NCBI GenBank assembly: GCA_050015055.1
Contig: JBEKCD010000018.1
Coordinates: 85 to 64,084 of the forward strand
Reading direction: 5' to 3'
DNA from: Candidatus Bathyarchaeia archaeon
GTDB taxonomy: Archaea > Thermoproteota > Bathyarchaeia > Bathyarchaeales > Bathycorpusculaceae
Length of the DNA: 64,000 bases
Made by a program: the position numbers and the translations under genes. The notes under the pieces were generated by a model that saw only the letters and a program-made list of their open reading frames with translations, searched no databases and was not told the origin of the DNA. Shown here in pieces: positions 59,864-64,000 of the stretch. Every line of letters starts with the position of its first letter. Position 1 is the first letter of the stretch.

Positions 59864-60466
59864 ATGACAATGAATCTGACGTTTCGACCTTTGACTTTGG
59901 AAAACTGGAAGGACCTTGAGAAGCTCTTTGGAGAAGACAGCATATGCAGATCATGCTGGTGCATGTGGTGGAGGCAATCATCGTCTGAATGGGAGAAAAG
60001 GAGAGGCAGCGAAAGAAAAGAAGCCCTGAGAACCATCGTGAGCCAAGGGAAAACTCCAGGCACACTAGCATATTCTGACGGACAGCCCGTTGGTTGGTGC
60101 TCCATATCTCCGAGAGAGGAATTCCACAGACTCGAGAGATCCAGAATGCTGAAACGCATAGATAATCGGCCGGTCTGGTCCGTGGTATGCTTCTTTGTGG
60201 CCAAACCCTTCAGACAGAAAGGTATCTCAACCAAGCTGTTGGAAGCTGCCGTCAGTCATGCTGGACATCAAGGGGGCAAGATCATCGAGGGATATCCGAG
60301 TCGGTCCAGCGGAAGACAGAATGATACGACTGTTTACACCGGTCTTGCCTCTATGTTTCTGAAGGTTGGGTTTGTTGATATTGGCTCTGTCTCCAAGACC
60401 AGAACAATTATGCGATATGATATCAAAAAACCAGAGCCTGAGACGTTGAAAGCAAGCACGACCTGA
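59864..60466 (+). CDS. GNAT family N-acetyltransferase
   Basis: 'CRSCWCMWWR' N-terminal motif and 'FRQKGISTKLL' acetyl-CoA site. The start at M28 of the ORF is preferred. Confidence 0.6.
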   Translation: MTMNLTFRPLTLENWKDLEKLFGEDSICRSCWCMWWRQSSSEWEKRRGSERKEALRTIVSQGKTPGTLAYSDGQPVGWCSISPREEFHRLERSRMLKRIDNRPVWSVVCFFVAKPFRQKGISTKLLEAAVSHAGHQGGKIIEGYPSRSSGRQNDTTVYTGLASMFLKVGFVDIGSVSKTRTIMRYDIKKPEPETLKASTT

Positions 60467-60652
60467 GCCTCAGCTTTGCTGCCAACCCACCTCGAAGATA
60501 TGCTTAGCCGAAAGCCCCTGGAGCTTTGGTAGAGCATGCTAGTTATCCTGATACCGACAAATCCTCCATTACTAGACTGGGAATCATACCATAACCCGTG
60601 ATTCTGGAATCTGAGCCGATGTTTACGCGCGCTAAAGGCTTAAGTAGTTGAG

Positions 60653-60680
60653 TTACATATTACACGTTACACATTACATT
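60653..60680. repeat. Four tandem heptamer repeats TTACAYR
   Basis: ttacata ttacacg ttacaca ttacatt, lying 21–48 bp upstream of the RHH gene ATG. Confidence 0.6.
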
Positions 60681-60700
60681 TATGATGAAGAGTTGGAAAT

Positions 60701-61087
60701 ATGGTCTGGAAAGGAAAGACGAAAGAAAACGACAGGAAGAGTGAGGACGGGCAGAAGAAAGTTGCAATGATGGTTTGCTGCCCTGAAGGTGAGAGCAAAG
60801 TGGTTTCGCCCCAACTGAAAGACGAGATTCTAATGAAGTTGGGAAACGGGCTTGGAGAACGAGGCAATGTCGTAATGACGAGATTGGATGATGCGGATTT
60901 GAAACAGATTGACGCACTCGTCGAAGTTGAAGCCTTTAAAAGCCGATCAGAAGCAGCAGCCTTCTTTATTAGACAAGGTATGCTAGCTCGCAAAGACCTT
61001 TTTGAGAGAGTTATGCCAACTGTCGAGAAGATCAGAGAACTCAAGGAGCAAGCCAAAAGAGAACTCAGCAAGAAGGAGCAACAATGA
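60701..61087 (+). CDS. Ribbon-helix-helix (CopG/MetJ-like) DNA-binding protein
   Basis: 'NVVMTRLDDADLKQIDALVEVEAFKSRSEAAAFFIRQG' RHH fold signature. An N-terminal Cys pair ('CCPEG') may bind metal. Confidence 0.55.
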   Translation: MVWKGKTKENDRKSEDGQKKVAMMVCCPEGESKVVSPQLKDEILMKLGNGLGERGNVVMTRLDDADLKQIDALVEVEAFKSRSEAAAFFIRQGMLARKDLFERVMPTVEKIRELKEQAKRELSKKEQQ

Positions 61088-61102
61088 TTCGAAGGTCGTC
61101 AT

Positions 61103-62035
61103 ATGACTGAGGAAAAGCAGAGAAGACAAGTACGCGAAGGCTATGCCAAAATAGCCGTCAATCAGAGTTCATGTTGCAAAAGCACATCTCACGAAGACAG
61201 CAAGAAGATGGGATATTCCGAAGAAGACCTCAAAACTGCTCCAAAAGGCGCAAACATGGGCTTGGGCTGCGGAAATCCCGTAGCGTTGACTTCACTACGA
61301 GAAGGAGAGATAGTCGTCGATTTGGGTTCAGGCGGCGGATTTGATTGCTTCCTAGCTACCAAGAAAGTGGGCCAGAGAGGCAAGGTGATCGACGTCGACA
61401 TGACACCAATAATGATTGACAAAGCCAGAGAAAACGCTAGAAAAGGCAAATACGCAAACGTCGAGTTCAGACTTGGAGAAATTGAAAATCTACCTGTTGC
61501 AGACAACACGGCAGACGTAGTAATTTCAAACTGCGTGATCAATTTGACCCCAGACAAGAAGAAAGTCTTCCAAGAAGCTTTCAGAGTGCTCAAGCCCGGA
61601 GGAAGACTGATGGTATCAGATCTCGTATTGCTGAAAGAGCTTCCTGAGGCAATGAAAAAAGGAATGAGTTCAACAAGCTGCGTTGCGGGTGCAATAATGA
61701 AGGACAAATACATAGAAACAATAAATGCAGTCGGATTTGAGAACGTGAGAATAATCCAAGAAAAGCCATACCACTCCGAGGACTTTGCCAACGATCCTGA
61801 TGCAGAAGTCCTAACCTTCAATCCAAAGACGAATGCTACCGAAACTAAGAAAGTGTCCGAACTGGACGAAAAAGCAAAACAGAGAATGAAAGAAATTATA
61901 GAGGCAACACTGAGCATTAACGTTTCAGCGACAAAGCCGCGCGCTAACATGCAAGTTCTATTGTCGGGAGGGAAGGAGGGAGAGCGTTCCTTCAAGCGCG
62001 CGCTATATGCTGAAACATGTATTCGAAATGAGTGA
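61103..62035 (+). CDS. arsM: Arsenite S-adenosylmethionine methyltransferase (ArsM-like)
   Basis: SAM motif 'VVDLGSGGGFD', 'RVLKPGGRLMVSD', and the conserved Cys residues ('GCGNP', 'NCVINL') used by ArsM. Confidence 0.7.
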   Translation: MTEEKQRRQVREGYAKIAVNQSSCCKSTSHEDSKKMGYSEEDLKTAPKGANMGLGCGNPVALTSLREGEIVVDLGSGGGFDCFLATKKVGQRGKVIDVDMTPIMIDKARENARKGKYANVEFRLGEIENLPVADNTADVVISNCVINLTPDKKKVFQEAFRVLKPGGRLMVSDLVLLKELPEAMKKGMSSTSCVAGAIMKDKYIETINAVGFENVRIIQEKPYHSEDFANDPDAEVLTFNPKTNATETKKVSELDEKAKQRMKEIIEATLSINVSATKPRANMQVLLSGGKEGERSFKRALYAETCIRNE

Positions 62036-62107
62036 ATGCATTGTTTCTGGCCTAATTGGCGGATGTCGGTGGCCAAATGTTCGCTGCTTGTCCATTTTCG
62101 AGAGAGT

Positions 62108-62473
62108 TTAGGCCGGTTTTGATTGTTTGTCGAAGTAGTCTGAGGCTCGTTCCTGGATTTGTAAGTAGGCTGCGCCTAGTATCATGCCGACTACGAGTAT
62201 AAGTAAGGTGTCAACGAAGCTGTAGACTGGTCTGAACAGTCGGATGGCCAAGACCGCGACGAATATAGCAACTGCTATGCCAAGGCGTGATACTAGCTTC
62301 AACAGGTCGATTACGAACCACTTGGTAATTACCTTCAACTCATTCCACGCTCCACTGATGCGACATGTGCACCTGTACTTTAGTCTTGGCGTGTGTTGGA
62401 CTTCCATTTCAGCACGAGCGTGACCTTCAAGAAGGTTCACAAGAATTCTCTTTGACGAACGCTGAGGTAACAA
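62108..62473 (-). CDS. Small membrane protein
   Basis: Two to three hydrophobic helices. Confidence 0.35.
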   Translation of the reverse strand: MLPQRSSKRILVNLLEGHARAEMEVQHTPRLKYRCTCRISGAWNELKVITKWFVIDLLKLVSRLGIAVAIFVAVLAIRLFRPVYSFVDTLLILVVGMILGAAYLQIQERASDYFDKQSKPA

Positions 62474-62775
62474 TTAGAGACTGTAACCGATTCTTGAGCA
62501 ATGTCAAAAGAGCGCGCGCCGTTGTTGCTGAAAGGAGACCTTTGGCTAATCGTAGGAGAAGGGCTACTGAGGTTACAGAAAGAAAAGCTGTAACGTTGAG
62601 GCAAGAAGTTTGTATTGTAGGAGGTAGCTCTCAAGACCGTTACAGAGACCTTAAGACGGGGTCGCTTTGTAGCGTGCGCTACCTTACCTGCGCTCCCGAG
62701 AAGAACGGCTACAAATGACCGTGTCAAGGATTAAATATCGAGCTGAATATTGCTACTAAAGGGAAGACTGGAATT

Positions 62776-63816
62776 TTGGATGAAGAAGAGTTCAAAAACT
62801 ACTGTCTCGAAAGAAAGCTGAGTAAAAAGACAATACAGGCGCACGTCAAGATTGTTAAAGAGTTCGAAACTTTTCTGAGAACAAAGTGCCAAAACAGGAG
62901 TATAACCAACGCTACTCCCGCCAATCTGCACGCGTTCGTCAAACACTTAATGGAGGAGAATAGGAACACGTGGGATAACCTGCTCTCCCTCGTCAGATAC
63001 GCCAGTTTCATTAATAACAAGGAGATAATTGTTCCTCTGCTGGAGCTTCTTGACGGTAGTGACGTCTTGGAGAACCTCTCAAATACAATCAAACAGACAG
63101 TGGGTAAAACCAAGCACAAAGCGATTTTTGAGGGGATCAAACTGCCCCCTCTGGGCACACTCCCAGAGGATAGACCAAAAATCACTAGAAAATTCATGGA
63201 TAATCTCGAAGCAGAATTGGGTGTAGGTAAGTGCAGAGAAATCCTTTCAAGCGGACCTCATGCCAGTCCTAAGGAACATTATTTGCCTGAGCAGAAGAAG
63301 TTTTTGGAAACAAAGGGCATAGACGACTTCCTGAGAAAGAAGCACGAGGAATACGTTGAAGAGCTCGAAAGGCATATGGAAGAAAAAACACTGTACTTCA
63401 CTCAGGAAATCACCAAAGAGGTTCTTGACTATGTCAGAAAAACTCCGACCTGTCAAGTAGGCGTGAGAAAAGGAGACATAATCTACGTCACAAAGATTCC
63501 CTACATGGCCAATGAGTATTTGCGCGAGAAAGACCCCAAGAAGAAGCGATATTATGCCTGCCACTGTGCGTGGGTACGCGAAGCCATAAAGTCAGACCTG
63601 AAGATTTCGCCCAATTTCTGCTATTGTAGCGCAGGATTCGAGAAACGTTTATGGGATGTCATCTTTGGCCAAGACGTCAAAGCAGATGTCTTACAGACCG
63701 TGCTAAAAGGCGATCCAATCTGCAAATTCGCCATTCACATTCCCAAAGAATACATTGGTCAAGAAGCTTATTCAAAGGAATCAAGTGCAGGCTCACTAAT
63801 GCGTCGAGACCTCTGA
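62776..63816 (+). CDS. Protein with an integrase-type N-terminal core-binding (Phage_int_SAM-like) domain fused to a non-recombinase Cys-rich C-terminal domain
   Basis: N-terminus 'LSKKTIQAHVKIVKEFETFL...ITNATPANLHAFVKHL' fits the tyrosine-recombinase N-terminal domain pattern. The C-terminal 'CHCAW...CYCSAGF...DPICKF' region has no R-H-R-Y catalytic residues. Confidence 0.45.
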   Translation: MDEEEFKNYCLERKLSKKTIQAHVKIVKEFETFLRTKCQNRSITNATPANLHAFVKHLMEENRNTWDNLLSLVRYASFINNKEIIVPLLELLDGSDVLENLSNTIKQTVGKTKHKAIFEGIKLPPLGTLPEDRPKITRKFMDNLEAELGVGKCREILSSGPHASPKEHYLPEQKKFLETKGIDDFLRKKHEEYVEELERHMEEKTLYFTQEITKEVLDYVRKTPTCQVGVRKGDIIYVTKIPYMANEYLREKDPKKKRYYACHCAWVREAIKSDLKISPNFCYCSAGFEKRLWDVIFGQDVKADVLQTVLKGDPICKFAIHIPKEYIGQEAYSKESSAGSLMRRDL

Positions 63817-64000
63817 CATTGCAGTGAGAAACCATTTGCTTGCCTCGCGATATTTCGATTGAAGTTCCTTCTTGTCTTTCACGAAGTAGTTTCCCCCGGA
63901 GCAAGCTCCGGGGCTCTACGGTAGGGCTTCTTGTTGTTCTTCTCGTATGTACTGTCTGACGGCGTCAAGGTTTAGCCCGCCTACTGTGTTAACGCAGTAT

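Overview
This 64 kb window is archaeal chromosome. Diagnostic genes are a TATA-box-binding protein, RadA, an archaeal class I CCA-adding enzyme, a Sec11-like signal peptidase, PEF-CTERM sorting signals and an Lhr-type helicase. GC content is about 48–50%. Two stretches look like lower-GC accessory regions: about 23.4–30 kb and about 54.1–59.7 kb. No rRNA, tRNA, CRISPR array or reverse transcriptase was found.

The core content is housekeeping. It includes rqcH/NFACT, radA, split class I fumarase (alpha and beta subunits), a LarA-like protein, pyrE and tbp. There is a conserved tRNA/RNA-maturation neighbourhood: RNase Z, a Trm11-like THUMP methyltransferase, Prs, a β-CASP nuclease, the UPF0201/UPF0200 pair, the ThpR/LigT 2',3'-cyclic phosphodiesterase, and the CCA-adding enzyme. 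Also present are a class II HMG-CoA reductase, an ABC exporter pair, an MFS transporter, PhzF, ArsM, and a 1439-aa response-regulator/multi-PAS/histidine-kinase hybrid.

The strongest candidates for something undescribed are four:
1. A low-GC island (54.1–59.7 kb) bounded by a truncated tyrosine-recombinase gene. It carries a flotillin-like SPFH protein with two small partner ORFs, and a β-helix PEF-CTERM surface protein whose roughly 110 bp promoter/leader occurs a second time 2.4 kb away with no CDS behind it. That second copy could be an orphan leader, an ncRNA or an att-like repeat.
2. A GCGCGC-core palindrome, consensus about YTAGCGCGCG, that is strikingly enriched in intergenic DNA. Eight copies fall within 2 kb at 26.9–28.9 kb, next to a roughly 140-nt inverted-repeat (MITE- or hairpin-like) element.
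3. Short tandem repeat arrays in regulatory positions: three 20-bp units upstream of tbp, and four 7-bp units immediately upstream of a ribbon-helix-helix (RHH)–ArsM operon.
4. A protein with an integrase-type N-terminal core-binding (SAM-like) domain fused to a non-recombinase cysteine domain.

Several genes look disrupted: a dockerin protein with a −1 frameshift at a C5 tract, a degraded small PEF-CTERM gene, a possibly split TrxR-like gene, and the integrase fragment.
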